This document shows positions 11,266 to 21,781 of a stretch of 64,000 bases of DNA, one piece after another. The notes under the pieces were generated by a model. The model made no database searches and was not told where the DNA came from. It saw nothing but the letters and a program-made list of their open reading frames with translations. Within the stretch, counting starts at the first letter, position 1. The number at the start of each line of letters is the position of its first letter. The DNA is taken from contig OW569386.1 of the NCBI GenBank assembly GCA_937625935.1, positions 310,001-374,000 of the forward strand, read 5' to 3'. A program made the position numbers and the translations under genes. The DNA comes from Tetramitus jugosus (taxonomy: Eukaryota > Protista > Heterolobosea).

Positions 11266-12555
11266 TTACAACAACGCACGAGCAGAGTAGATAGAACCTT
11301 CAATGCTGCATTCATTAGTTCCTCTTCTTATCCAGAAGTAACCGTTCATTCCCCAATTTGGCCCCCAACTGTTGGCAACAATCCAGTATGGCAATCTAGA
11401 GGCGCTGTCTGTTCCCCAACCGACAATTCGAATGGCATGACCTGCTTGCATTGAACCATAAGTGTGAGTGTACACACCAGACTTGTAGTAATAGAAATCA
11501 GAGTAGACATAGTAGGATGCATGAACTGGACCATAGGTCATAATGTCTGTCATCACAGCATTCAAATCAGTCTTGGCATACTTCTTGACAGTGCTAGCGT
11601 TTGCTCTGTATCTAACAAAAGAACCTGATCCAGTGCACGTGTTGGCACATGGCTTCTGACTTGTGTTAGATGCACTGTTGTATGGTGTGCAGGTTTCACT
11701 TGTTGTTCCAGTCGCACCCAAGAAGGTCCAGGTCTTTGACATGTAACCTCCTCTGCATCCCAAGTTATAGCTATTACAGTTGACTTGGTATTGAGGTGAG
11801 AGATCAACCTTGGTTCTACCATTGGAAGCGATACAGATTCTGTCAGAGAGGACACCAGCAGCTCCGAATGCCCAACATGCTCCACAACTTCCCTGGGATT
11901 TGATGGCAGATATGCAATTAGGCCACTTGGTACGAGCGTCGAATGAGCTTGGAATGCCACCTGAGACTGGAGGTGGTGAAGGTGCAGGTGATGGAGTAGG
12001 TGCTGGTGCAGGAGATGGAGCTGGAGTAGGTGCAGGCGCTGGTGATGGAGACGGAGCTGAAGATTCGCCTCCCGATTTAAGAACTCCATTGTCACAATGA
12101 TATTGAGTTGGATTGTAGCAAGCTCTTCCGCAGGCCTTCATTCCAGAAGGACACAATTGACCATTGGTACAAGTATATTGACCAGAGCTATAGCAAGCAC
12201 CGTTGCAGCATGACAGAGTACCACAGTTGACACCACCGCATGTCTCTTGAATCCTTCTGCTTTCAGGTGAAGTTGCATTGTTAAAGATTTCCTCATCCTC
12301 ATCCTCTAGTTCGATACCCAATAGATATTTGAGGTCTCTGACACGTTTGCCTTCAAAATCCTTGTTCACACCAGCAGTCCAGGAAGGATTATTCAAGTTG
12401 ATACGTTCAACAACAGCCTCATCGTCCAAGTCTTCAAAGTCATGATTCACACCAGCAATCGATCTTGGAAATTCGCTCAGAACGAATGAGCAATAGGATA
12501 CAATCAGTATGAGTAGAGCCAACAAAATGGCAGAGTTCTTTCTTGAGGGATTCAT
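11266..12555 (-). CDS. Secreted cathepsin-B-like papain (C1A) protease with inserted Cys-rich CBM52-like module and Pro/Ala linker
   Basis: Signal peptide, propeptide (INLNNPSWTAG), IPSSFDARTKWP, QGSCGACWAF, GHAIRIVGWG, YWIVANSWG. Confidence 0.9.
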   Translation of the reverse strand: MNPSRKNSAILLALLILIVSYCSFVLSEFPRSIAGVNHDFEDLDDEAVVERINLNNPSWTAGVNKDFEGKRVRDLKYLLGIELEDEDEEIFNNATSPESRRIQETCGGVNCGTLSCCNGACYSSGQYTCTNGQLCPSGMKACGRACYNPTQYHCDNGVLKSGGESSAPSPSPAPAPTPAPSPAPAPTPSPAPSPPPVSGGIPSSFDARTKWPNCISAIKSQGSCGACWAFGAAGVLSDRICIASNGRTKVDLSPQYQVNCNSYNLGCRGGYMSKTWTFLGATGTTSETCTPYNSASNTSQKPCANTCTGSGSFVRYRANASTVKKYAKTDLNAVMTDIMTYGPVHASYYVYSDFYYYKSGVYTHTYGSMQAGHAIRIVGWGTDSASRLPYWIVANSWGPNWGMNGYFWIRRGTNECSIEGSIYSARALL

Positions 12556-13095
12556 CTCTTGGTAGTTGAGGTATTAAGTTGTGTTTGAAATTGTTTGTTG
12601 TTTGTTATCATTCCAACACAAACAAATGTTTCTTAAATACCAACATCCAAGAACTCGGTGTTGTAATCATCCGTATCTTTTTGTAAATCCCGAAGATTCT
12701 CTCCAAACACCATCGCAACACACCCTCACACAACGAACAGAATCGCACCCGATAATGTTTGACGTTATCGGAAGATGAGCAAATCGTATAGATTACCCAT
12801 GCCTCGAATCGGAAGTCATAACCCAGTGAAACAACCTCCAATATTGAAATTGGTGAAGTGAGAGAGTGAGAGATTCGGGAACATGGAGAAACTCAAACCT
12901 TTACCCAAAAAAATTGTCTCAATACGTGCCTTTGTGCGTTGTATTCCATTGACATTTTTGAGAAACAGTGAGAGTGAGTCACAAGCTGTAGATGACTGTC
13001 CATCTTCTTTTACAGCCTGGTAACGAACATGACCTGAAAAAGTCGAAAACCTTCAAGTCGCTTAGCGGTGTTTTCATCCGGCAACTGGCAAATCA

Positions 13096-14979
13096 CTAGC
13101 CATAACCTCGCAAAAAGTAGGCGTTGGAGTAGTCTCTCTGGATGCTGTCGAGTGCCCAACTGGTTGTTGGTAGGTCGACAATCAGATCACTGGCAATAAA
13201 CTTGCTGTCGAGATTGGTGTTTGTTGGCGGACATGGATTGGTGTTACCATTGGGTGGGATGATCGGATATTGTTTGTTGGCTCGTGTCAAAAAATCCCTA
13301 AATGAACCACATGTGTTGTACAAGGCACCTCCCTTGCTTCCCAAGTGATAGTACTGAGGACACGATTTAGTTATCATCCGGGACGGATCTCCATAGTCTT
13401 TCACTGGCTCGTTCTGAGCTGCTATGCTCCACCAATTGTTGTCGATCGATGAAGTGACGTTCATCAATTGATTGAGCCAACCATCCCTAATGGGAGATGT
13501 CCTTTCGTCAGCATAATAGAAGAATTGATACTGTGTGTAGAATCGAGGATCTTGAATCAAGCGATGAAACATAATGTTCGTCGATGCGGACAACACACTC
13601 TCCTGTGGAGTCAAATTCGAGTACCAGAATCGAACGATTGGACTAACGCAGTGAAACTCTGGTCTCAACTTTCCATTGGCACTCCCATCGACAGTCAACT
13701 GTTGCAACACTGCTCTCTCCATCTCGGGGTTCTCTACCGCATTAAAATAAAAGATGAGATCGACTTCGGCACTGTGACCCTTCACCGATTGCAAACAAGG
13801 CTTATGAATCTGCCACAATTGCAATTGCATGAGAGTTTTCGAGATACTGGATGCTGAAAACGGAACAACAACAGCCAACTTTTTCTTATTGCTCAAATTG
13901 AGTTGAATGCGTGACTTGGCCATGGGATCCGCCACTGAATCAATCATCAATTGATAATTGCACTTGTTTAAGATATTCTCATCTTCAATCTCACCATCTC
14001 CATGAAAATGACTCTTTATGCCCAATAGTCGCATCGAATAGGGCAGGTCAAATATATTGTCTCTGTTAATAATATCGTATGATCTTTGACTCACTCTCTT
14101 GAATCGCTTTTCCACATGCTGCAACACCACTCTCTCGTACTTTGACATGGTTGTATGACCATCTTTTTCTTCGCCATTCAATCTTCCATTATCATTAACC
14201 TCGGTCTCTTCATTGACACTGTTCAATGACAGCGAAACGAAATCAAAGTGCTTCCATGATTTCATCTCATGGATCATCTCACTCGCACTCATCATTTTCC
14301 TCCTTATTGCCTCATCTTTCGGCCGCTTACTACTCTGAATGGTGTCAGATTGACTATTTTGTAAGAAATGAGTCATGTCATAAATCATCCAGATCATTTC
14401 ATTGTCCGCCGCCGTCACATTATGATCGAAAAAATGTTGAATGCAGGGCACTTGGTGAATCAGTTGAGTCATTGACTCCAAATCATAAATCACCGACAAG
14501 AACAATAGCTGAGTCGCATCGACATGAGGTTCCATGTGCGTTGGCACCATGGTGTATCCGATTCTTGCTACTCGTTTCGCAACAGACCAATCATATTCAT
14601 AATCTAGCTCACTCTCGATCGAATAAATCTTCATTTTGTCCTGTTCAATATTGTAAGGCACCACAACAACGGGTGGTGGAGGCGGAGGCGGGGATTTTGT
14701 TTTTTTCCGTCGAACCGTAGAGAAACGAATGATGGTGTACGTGAGAGAGAGAACAAAGAAGAGGAGGAGAAACACGAGGAGGAAGCGTCGTTTCTTGGGA
14801 GAGATTGATGAAGTCACTCTTGAGATCCTGGTGCTGCCGCTGCGATAGACACTGACCGCTCTGGATGAAAAAAGTTCTATTTTCGGCGATGTCCAGAATT
14901 CCCGATGTAATTGCGACAACACACCGACACATGATTTTAGTTTGTCGATCATAGACAATGTATTTCCCATCATGGTCAT
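13096..14979 (-). CDS. Type II membrane protein, possibly glycosyltransferase-like
   Basis: Long ORF with a basic patch, one TM helix (RRFLLVFLLLFFVLSLTYTII), a Pro-rich stem and a lumenal domain (KKLAVVVPF...DLIFYFN...FYYADE). Start codon uncertain. Confidence 0.55.
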   Translation of the reverse strand: MTMMGNTLSMIDKLKSCVGVLSQLHREFWTSPKIELFSSRAVSVYRSGSTRISRVTSSISPKKRRFLLVFLLLFFVLSLTYTIIRFSTVRRKKTKSPPPPPPPVVVVPYNIEQDKMKIYSIESELDYEYDWSVAKRVARIGYTMVPTHMEPHVDATQLLFLSVIYDLESMTQLIHQVPCIQHFFDHNVTAADNEMIWMIYDMTHFLQNSQSDTIQSSKRPKDEAIRRKMMSASEMIHEMKSWKHFDFVSLSLNSVNEETEVNDNGRLNGEEKDGHTTMSKYERVVLQHVEKRFKRVSQRSYDIINRDNIFDLPYSMRLLGIKSHFHGDGEIEDENILNKCNYQLMIDSVADPMAKSRIQLNLSNKKKLAVVVPFSASSISKTLMQLQLWQIHKPCLQSVKGHSAEVDLIFYFNAVENPEMERAVLQQLTVDGSANGKLRPEFHCVSPIVRFWYSNLTPQESVLSASTNIMFHRLIQDPRFYTQYQFFYYADERTSPIRDGWLNQLMNVTSSIDNNWWSIAAQNEPVKDYGDPSRMITKSCPQYYHLGSKGGALYNTCGSFRDFLTRANKQYPIIPPNGNTNPCPPTNTNLDSKFIASDLIVDLPTTSWALDSIQRDYSNAYFLRGYG

Positions 14980-15242
14980 TAGAATTGTGTTAAATCTTTG
15001 TTTGTGTGTAAAGGTGTGAAATGTTGGTGTTTTTGTGAGTTTGGTCTGGCGGCTTGGATAACTTTTGGCTGCTTCTGATTTTTGTGACGTGTGATGCGGA
15101 CTGAATTGGTAGGAGCAAGAATTCTTCAGCACAACACTCAGAACACCATCACATTTTGTCCACCAACCGTTGAAAACTTTGTGAATACCATTGGATTTGA
15201 ATATTCCATTTGGTGCGACTAATCCGTTAACATAACAGAAAA

Positions 15243-15833
15243 ATGAACAAGAGATCAGCGAGTGACTCGTGCGTCTCCGCAACTGAAATCGAACTGTTCT
15301 TATCGGATCAAATCGACGCGCGTAGAGCAGAGTGTCTCAACGGCTCCAAGGAACATTCATTGCACGATATGATACTCAATTCAAACTCTCTGGTGGAGAG
15401 AGCAAACACTGACAATTATGTAGAATCAGCGGACGATGAACAATTGATTCTGTTTTTGCCATTCAAGAAGAAACATCATTTGCGCTCCATCAGATTTTAC
15501 GCGCCAAATTCGGAGAGTTGTCCCCGTACGATTCGCCTGTTTGTCAATCGCCCTCACATGGACTTTGATAGTGTGGAGAGCTTGAAAGCGGATCAGGAGA
15601 TTGTGTTGAGTGGTGAGGAAGCAACGAGGAATCCTGTGAAGCCGATTGCTCTGAAGGGAACTCACTTTCGTAACGTGAATTCATTGACTGTGTTTGTGCG
15701 TGACAATCATGGAGCAGATACAACAATGATTTACAAAATGAAGCTCGTGGGTACGTTGGCTGAAGACACATCGAGACAAAAGCTGCAAAAGGCGCCAGTT
15801 ACGACGCACAATGACGATCCTGATCTTTTTTAA
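15243..15833 (+). CDS. PITH-domain protein (proteasome-interacting thioredoxin-like domain)
   Basis: ECLN, ESADDEQLILFLPF, PRTIRLFVNRPHMDFD, FRNVNSLTVFVRDNHG. Confidence 0.9.
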   Translation: MNKRSASDSCVSATEIELFLSDQIDARRAECLNGSKEHSLHDMILNSNSLVERANTDNYVESADDEQLILFLPFKKKHHLRSIRFYAPNSESCPRTIRLFVNRPHMDFDSVESLKADQEIVLSGEEATRNPVKPIALKGTHFRNVNSLTVFVRDNHGADTTMIYKMKLVGTLAEDTSRQKLQKAPVTTHNDDPDLF

Positions 15834-15997
15834 CTCTCGTGCTGTATTGAAGACCTGGTGAAGAGATATCGTCTGTACTCCATCCAACGGGTGATGTTCC
15901 CAAGGAAGTCTTTGCTCACATGATCACCCACAGTCCATTGTAAATACAATCAATAAACAAACAAGCCACAATCGAACAAAAAAACACAAATTTATAA

Positions 15998-16507
15998 TTA
16001 TTCCTCAGACAAGACAGAGCTTTCAAAGTCTGGATCTTGCATTCGCTGTATTCTCTTTGAGAATTCCTGTACCAATGGTTGCGTCATGCATTGCGTCGAA
16101 GCTCTCAAAACCTTTAGCTCTTCGCTACTGATCGGAGTATTGGACTGAACTTTTTGGAGCAAAAGTTCAAACTCTGACAAAAACTCTGTGGGTGACTCAA
16201 CAATACGATTGCCCTTCAAACACTTTGCAAACGACTTGTCCAAGTAAGACAATGAACAAACGTTCCAATAAGTCAATAAAACAGGATCTTCTTGTTGCTG
16301 GAAGAGAGCTTGAGTAAAGAGAGTGCAAGGACCTTGTCCATCGTTCAATGCCTGCAGCCCAAAGAAGAATTCCTTGTCAGTCCAGTCAGAAATGTTCTTG
16401 GCAGGGAGATCAGGTGTGTCTGGAAGGTGATCAAAGCTTTCACTGCTTGAATTGAGGTTGTTGTTGTTGTTGTTTGTGGTGGTGGTGGTGGAAGTTGAAT
16501 TGCCCAT
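15998..16507 (-). CDS. Hypothetical protein with N-myristoylation motif
   Basis: ATG 16507 gives MGNSTS...; globular-looking remainder with spaced cysteines. Confidence 0.55.
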   Translation of the reverse strand: MGNSTSTTTTTNNNNNNLNSSSESFDHLPDTPDLPAKNISDWTDKEFFFGLQALNDGQGPCTLFTQALFQQQEDPVLLTYWNVCSLSYLDKSFAKCLKGNRIVESPTEFLSEFELLLQKVQSNTPISSEELKVLRASTQCMTQPLVQEFSKRIQRMQDPDFESSVLSEE

Positions 16508-16912
16508 GTTCGTTAATCTTGTAATTGTTTTGCCTTTGGTTTTATGTTCTGGCGGCAAGGAGAAATAATATGTTTGTGTGAAAAGTTCAAGCATTGTTTG
16601 TGGAACATTCGTTTTTGTTTGGAGTATCGGAATGGATCTCTTCTCAATTGTTTGAGAAGTGGAGAGTTGTGGAGTGGAGAGTCTGGACTGGCCCAAACAA
16701 TCACATTCTTCACAGGGAAGGGATCTCCTTTGAAGCTTGGTAAGGCCATTTTTTTCGATTTTTGATCTTTATGTGTGGAATGAACAATTCGGCCATCCAC
16801 GATTCTGAAAAGAACATCCGTAGTGAGGCACTTTTACACCTCGGCCTCTTGAAATTTGAAACACCGCAGCTTGCGGAACAACCAAGGGATCAAAAAAAAA
16901 GCCAACACAACC

Positions 16913-18055
16913 ATGCTATCCACTCCATTGACCAAACTCTTGGGTATCAAATATCCAATTATCCAGGCACCTATGGCTCTTGCCACAACAGCAGATCTGG
17001 TCACTGTTGTGAGCAATCGAGGTGGTTTAGGCTCTCTGGGCGCAGCTCGCATGTCACCACAGGAACTTAGGCAGAACATTAGAGAAATCAAGCAAAAGTT
17101 AAACAGTCCATCGACTCCCTATTCTGTCAATTTGTTTGCTCCGAGAGATCACATGAAAGATTACACGGTGCCTAGCGATCGATCCAGGAGAGAAATGAGA
17201 GAGTGCGCCAATGCAATGAGAAGAGAATTGGGAGTTAAGGAGCATGATTTATCGGTGGATGATTACCAAGTGGTTGATCCAGGATTTTCATTCGAGGAAC
17301 AATTGAATGTTGTCATGGAAGAAAAGGTGCCAATATTTAGCTTCACGTTCGGTATTCCTCCGATTGACATGCTCAGGCAATTGAAACAGAATGGTACGAT
17401 TATTATGGGTACTGCGAACAGCTTGAAGGAGGCCATTCTGTTGAAACAGTCAGGTTATGTGGATTCGATTGTGGCTCAAGGACTGGAAGCTGGTGGTCAT
17501 AGAGCCAAATTCACAGATGATGAAATGATGCCTCTCTTTGCTCTTGTTCAACAAATTGTTCGGTCGGACGAAATTGACACGGAACAGATTCCTGTTGTGG
17601 CATCTGGTGGTATTATAACTGGAGAAGCAATCGTGTCCATGTTAGCTCTGGGTGCTGCAGGTGTGCAAGTTGGAACTGCATTCCTTCCTACGCGCGAATG
17701 TTGTGCCCATGAAACATGGAAGCGAGCTCTGCTGGATGGTGACATGGCTCAGCAGTCTGGCACTGTTCTGACCAAAACATTCAGCGGAAGACAGTGTCGC
17801 TTTATCAACAACAGGGTGATGCGAGAGCTGCATCAACATGAATCTGGTTCATATCCCTATCCATTACAGACTCAGGTAATGGCAGACCTCTTTACCGCTG
17901 CTAAGAATCAAACCAAGTTGGATTTAGTGCCTGTTATGTGTGGACAGAATGCTGCTCTGTGCAAGAACCAACCTACGACTGCTGCTGAGGTGTTTGATCA
18001 ACTAGTATCTGGTACTGAACTCGCCATGAAGAGGTTGTCTTCGCTTGAACAATAA
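16913..18055 (+). CDS. Nitronate monooxygenase (2-nitropropane dioxygenase family)
   Basis: YPIIQAPMA, GGLGSLG, VAQGLEAGGHR, VVASGGI, LGAAGVQVGTAFL, TFSGR. Confidence 0.92.
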   Translation: MLSTPLTKLLGIKYPIIQAPMALATTADLVTVVSNRGGLGSLGAARMSPQELRQNIREIKQKLNSPSTPYSVNLFAPRDHMKDYTVPSDRSRREMRECANAMRRELGVKEHDLSVDDYQVVDPGFSFEEQLNVVMEEKVPIFSFTFGIPPIDMLRQLKQNGTIIMGTANSLKEAILLKQSGYVDSIVAQGLEAGGHRAKFTDDEMMPLFALVQQIVRSDEIDTEQIPVVASGGIITGEAIVSMLALGAAGVQVGTAFLPTRECCAHETWKRALLDGDMAQQSGTVLTKTFSGRQCRFINNRVMRELHQHESGSYPYPLQTQVMADLFTAAKNQTKLDLVPVMCGQNAALCKNQPTTAAEVFDQLVSGTELAMKRLSSLEQ

Positions 18056-18744
18056 ATGGTCGAAAGTTACATGTCATTTCAGTAAGATCGTTGAAGGAAC
18101 AGCAACGCACTGAAGTTTCGGAAATATAGTTCGACAGTTAAGAAAGATACACAGGCCTCAAAGAAGACGAATAAAGAGGAACAAACGAACCAACTAAAGT
18201 CGAAAGACTGTAAATCTGGAGAAGAACAACGAATCGAAGAGGGGTTTAAGAAATTCATGGAAATCATAAATGAGGGCTACGACCCGGTGCCATTTTGAGC
18301 AATCAAGCTCTAAGCTCTAGTAGTAGGTATTCCCTTACACAATAATAATTAATCCAAAACTTGAAATAACTGTTTTTTATAGGTGTTCATATTCTCAACT
18401 TTTCCTCTCCTTTTTAAAGTTCTTCTCAATTCTTTATGGTTTCCCACCATTCATCGATTAATCCCAATTTGTTTTCTCAAGCGAGTTATTCCTGCTCATT
18501 TTTCGCGCTCTGAATACATTATCGCGACGTCAAATCAGGTTCGTGGGAAATCTTCTTTTGGTGAGTGAAGCTACACCCCCCAACGAGACTCCACATACAG
18601 TTGGAATCGCTCGAAGACCAACGACCACTCACTGACACCACGAACCTTCCATTTTTTCACAAACAACTCTCTGACACCAAACAAAAACAACAACAACAAC
18701 CGACACCACAAACAAGCACCAAAAAAGCAAATCTTCACACATAT

Positions 18745-19614
18745 ATGCACACACTAGAGGACCAACAACACCAACAACAACAACACATATTCAGACAGTA
18801 CAATGAAGGCCTAGAAGACCTATCCACTGACCCAGTCGCCCGACTCTACTACCAGAATCACACTCAACAGACCATGGAGCACTCCACTAGACAATCCAAG
18901 CTTTTGCACAACAGAGTGAATCTAGGTGTTGGAAATCAGTTGATCATGACTGTTTGGGAAGCAATGCATCAATTGGATCATTTTGTGGATGAGAGTGATC
19001 CAGATACGAGCAATGCACAGACACAACATGCGTTTCAATCGGCTGAAGCTGCGAGAAGATTGTTTCCTGATGAACCTGCACTTCACTTTGTTTGTTTGAT
19101 ACATGACATGGGAAAGGTGTTGTGTCTCCATCCGGAGCAGAATCTGGAGCAGTGGAGCGTCGTAGGCGACACGTTTATTCTGGGAATGCCCTTTTCGGAA
19201 AAAATTGTTCACGCCAAATTTTTCTCCGAAAATCCCGACTCGAAAAATGAACTGTATCAGTCGAAAGAATTGGGTATTTACGAGGCGGGAATTGGATTTG
19301 ATAATTGTGTGTTCAGTTTTGGGCATGACGAGTACTTGTATCAGGTGTTGAAAGCCAATGGAACAACGATTCCAGAGAGATACTTGAGAATGATTCGTTA
19401 TCATTCATTTTATCCATGGCACAATGCACGTGATGCTTCCTATGAAAAGTTGGCCGATGAGAGGGACAGAGAACAATTGTTGAACGATGTGTTAAAGTTT
19501 AATCAGTTTGATTTGTATAGTAAGACGGATAATGAGGTGGATATTGAGTCTGTGAGACCTTATTATGAACAATTGGCCAGAGAGTATCTACCCAATGACA
19601 AGTTGAGGTGGTAA
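18745..19614 (+). CDS. MIOX: Myo-inositol oxygenase
   Basis: YYQNHTQQT, VDESDPD, HAFQSAE, IHDMGK, QWSVVGDTF, GHDEYLY, IRYHSFYPWH, FNQFDLYSK. Confidence 0.95.
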   Translation: MHTLEDQQHQQQQHIFRQYNEGLEDLSTDPVARLYYQNHTQQTMEHSTRQSKLLHNRVNLGVGNQLIMTVWEAMHQLDHFVDESDPDTSNAQTQHAFQSAEAARRLFPDEPALHFVCLIHDMGKVLCLHPEQNLEQWSVVGDTFILGMPFSEKIVHAKFFSENPDSKNELYQSKELGIYEAGIGFDNCVFSFGHDEYLYQVLKANGTTIPERYLRMIRYHSFYPWHNARDASYEKLADERDREQLLNDVLKFNQFDLYSKTDNEVDIESVRPYYEQLAREYLPNDKLRW

Positions 19615-19883
19615 TGCACATGATTCACTAAGATCTACTACTGGTTCATCTACTAGTAGTAGTAATAGTAGTGATAGTAGTCACAGTGAACTCTCTCTAT
19701 TTTGTTGTGAGTTGGTGTGCACTCACTCAACAACAAACATCCTTTGTACCACACAGTTGTTGCTGTCTCGTTCTCATTCTTCACCTGAAGAAACTGTCGG
19801 GGGATTTTCTGGCGGCCAAAATTTTCATCTCCCGCCGATCAGAAAAAAAACAAAAAAAAGCATAAAACAAAAACGACTTGCGA

Positions 19884-20717
19884 ATGAAAAAAGCATCAAC
19901 CACATCATCATCATCATCATCCAACACCAAAACCAAAGAGAGTAGTGGTGCACCAAACGAAATCAATGTGCACAAACTAGAGTTTGCACATGAACGTCGA
20001 CAACAATCACTCTTTGATGCCATTACCAAGAGATCAGGATCTGACACGAGAAACATTTTATTGATCAGTGTGCTCGTCGTCTGTCTAGAAATTTACATTT
20101 TGGCCTATGTCCTCCACTTGCGCATGAGTCACTCCACAACTCTGTATTTTGTGCTTTTTGGCGCCACTTTTTTTTTACTGCGGGATATTTATGGTGAGTT
20201 TTATGTGAGACGGTATTGTGATTCGTTTGAATCACTTCAAGTGTCGTTTACTCATGCGACCAGTGGTCAAACACATCAAAATTCGTATGTGAGATTGAAC
20301 CCTGATCATTTGAGCAATGATTTGAGTCATTTACAGCTCTCTCAAGACACGATACTGAGTAACACATTGGAATTGACACTTGAGATTCGTTATCCGTTGT
20401 TGAGACCACTGTCCGTTCAGTTGACAAGTGAAAAGGACAATCAAGGCAAAAAAAATTGGTCTCGTCTGGATTTGGCGCAATTGATTGCGCAACGGTACGC
20501 TCAAGTTTACAATGAAGAGCAAACCAATTCAAAATTGAATCCCAATCAATTTGCGATTGGAGCAATCAATTATTTGAACACGACAGGTGAGCATGGCATT
20601 TGGGGATGGGCTCTGGGTAATTTGAGGTTGACTGGGTTTGTTGTGAAACGTCAAAAGAGTGGTGTGACTGTGATTCCTACTGTGGAATCATTTGGCAAAG
20701 GATCTGCATTCCAATAG
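19884..20717 (+). CDS. Hypothetical membrane protein (2 TM) with conserved-looking C-terminal domain
   Basis: Two hydrophobic helices followed by IRYPL...YAQVYNEE...TGEHGIWGW. Confidence 0.6.
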   Translation: MKKASTTSSSSSSNTKTKESSGAPNEINVHKLEFAHERRQQSLFDAITKRSGSDTRNILLISVLVVCLEIYILAYVLHLRMSHSTTLYFVLFGATFFLLRDIYGEFYVRRYCDSFESLQVSFTHATSGQTHQNSYVRLNPDHLSNDLSHLQLSQDTILSNTLELTLEIRYPLLRPLSVQLTSEKDNQGKKNWSRLDLAQLIAQRYAQVYNEEQTNSKLNPNQFAIGAINYLNTTGEHGIWGWALGNLRLTGFVVKRQKSGVTVIPTVESFGKGSAFQ

Positions 20718-20814
20718 ATTGATGAATTGTTGTGACAAGAATTGTAGCAAGTAAAAGTATTGTAATTGTTTTGTAAATTTGTGACGGAGTTGAATGATTT
20801 CCTCGATCCCTTGG

Positions 20815-21630
20815 TCAACTGGGACTGGATACTCCTTCAGAGAGATCTATCGCAGAGGAAAAAATGATGGGATAGTGTACTGTTGTTGGTGTTCCGGATG
20901 CCTCGGGATACAAAGAGCTGTTGTTGTTGGTATCTACTCTATTCTGAGGTGATAAATGTTTGGGGTGCAGGTGTGGGGAATGATTGGCAATCATTTTGGT
21001 TAACTCAAACTCGAGGAATAGCGTAATGTCTCGATGAATCATTCCTGTCATACAGTAAGTGACTCTCAACTCCAAAGGCAGAGATTTCTTCTCGCTCAAC
21101 TCTTGGCTGATTCGATGTACAGTGTTCGATATTGTCTCCAATTGAATGGATTGAATGCAGTTATGTAAATTGATCAACAAGTAAATACCCAAGTAGGTCA
21201 ACATGTTCCAGCTGATAAACCCTGCTAGTACGATCGCAACACCTGGTAGCACGAGGACTGTAATCTTCTCTAACTTGCACCCGATTACAATGAGAGAGAG
21301 ACCAATTAGAGTACACAGAAGCAGAGCTACGGTGGATGAAATAACGAGAACCATTCCTTGAAATCTACGAGAATCCAACTCCATGATACGCTGATAAATG
21401 AGGTCATACTCAACCGTTACTCGATTCAAAATGTTGGTGTACTCATCAACAGATAAGACATTGAGCAACCAGAATGGTACCTGTTCCGATTTTTGATCCA
21501 AGGAACTTGATTTTTGATTGATCGTGCTAATGTTTACAACGTGTTTAGGTGGAAGAGGAACATGTGTGTTGGCGTCAGCGTAATCATGTTGCAGTGAGGA
21601 GGATTCATGAGTGTTTTGATGATTACTCAT
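20815..21630 (-). CDS. Hypothetical 2-TM protein, Erf4/golgin-A7-like layout
   Basis: LSVDEYTNILNRV helix, two TM segments, low-complexity tail. Confidence 0.55.
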   Translation of the reverse strand: MSNHQNTHESSSLQHDYADANTHVPLPPKHVVNISTINQKSSSLDQKSEQVPFWLLNVLSVDEYTNILNRVTVEYDLIYQRIMELDSRRFQGMVLVISSTVALLLCTLIGLSLIVIGCKLEKITVLVLPGVAIVLAGFISWNMLTYLGIYLLINLHNCIQSIQLETISNTVHRISQELSEKKSLPLELRVTYCMTGMIHRDITLFLEFELTKMIANHSPHLHPKHLSPQNRVDTNNNSSLYPEASGTPTTVHYPIIFSSAIDLSEGVSSPS

Positions 21631-21781
21631 TGTTTTCTGAAATTCGAAATCTGATGCTGTTGGAGAGAACGCAAGGTTAACAATAAGTCGATGCAGTGGT
21701 TGACTATCAATAGTTTTTAATTATTGTTTACCAAAAACAATGTTGTCAAGTATCAACAGATAACAAAAGATCACACTGATT

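Noticed and set aside
18130-18298. Coding-like K/E-rich fragment downstream of the nitronate monooxygenase gene
   Set aside because: No start codon or convincing splice acceptor and no recognisable homology.
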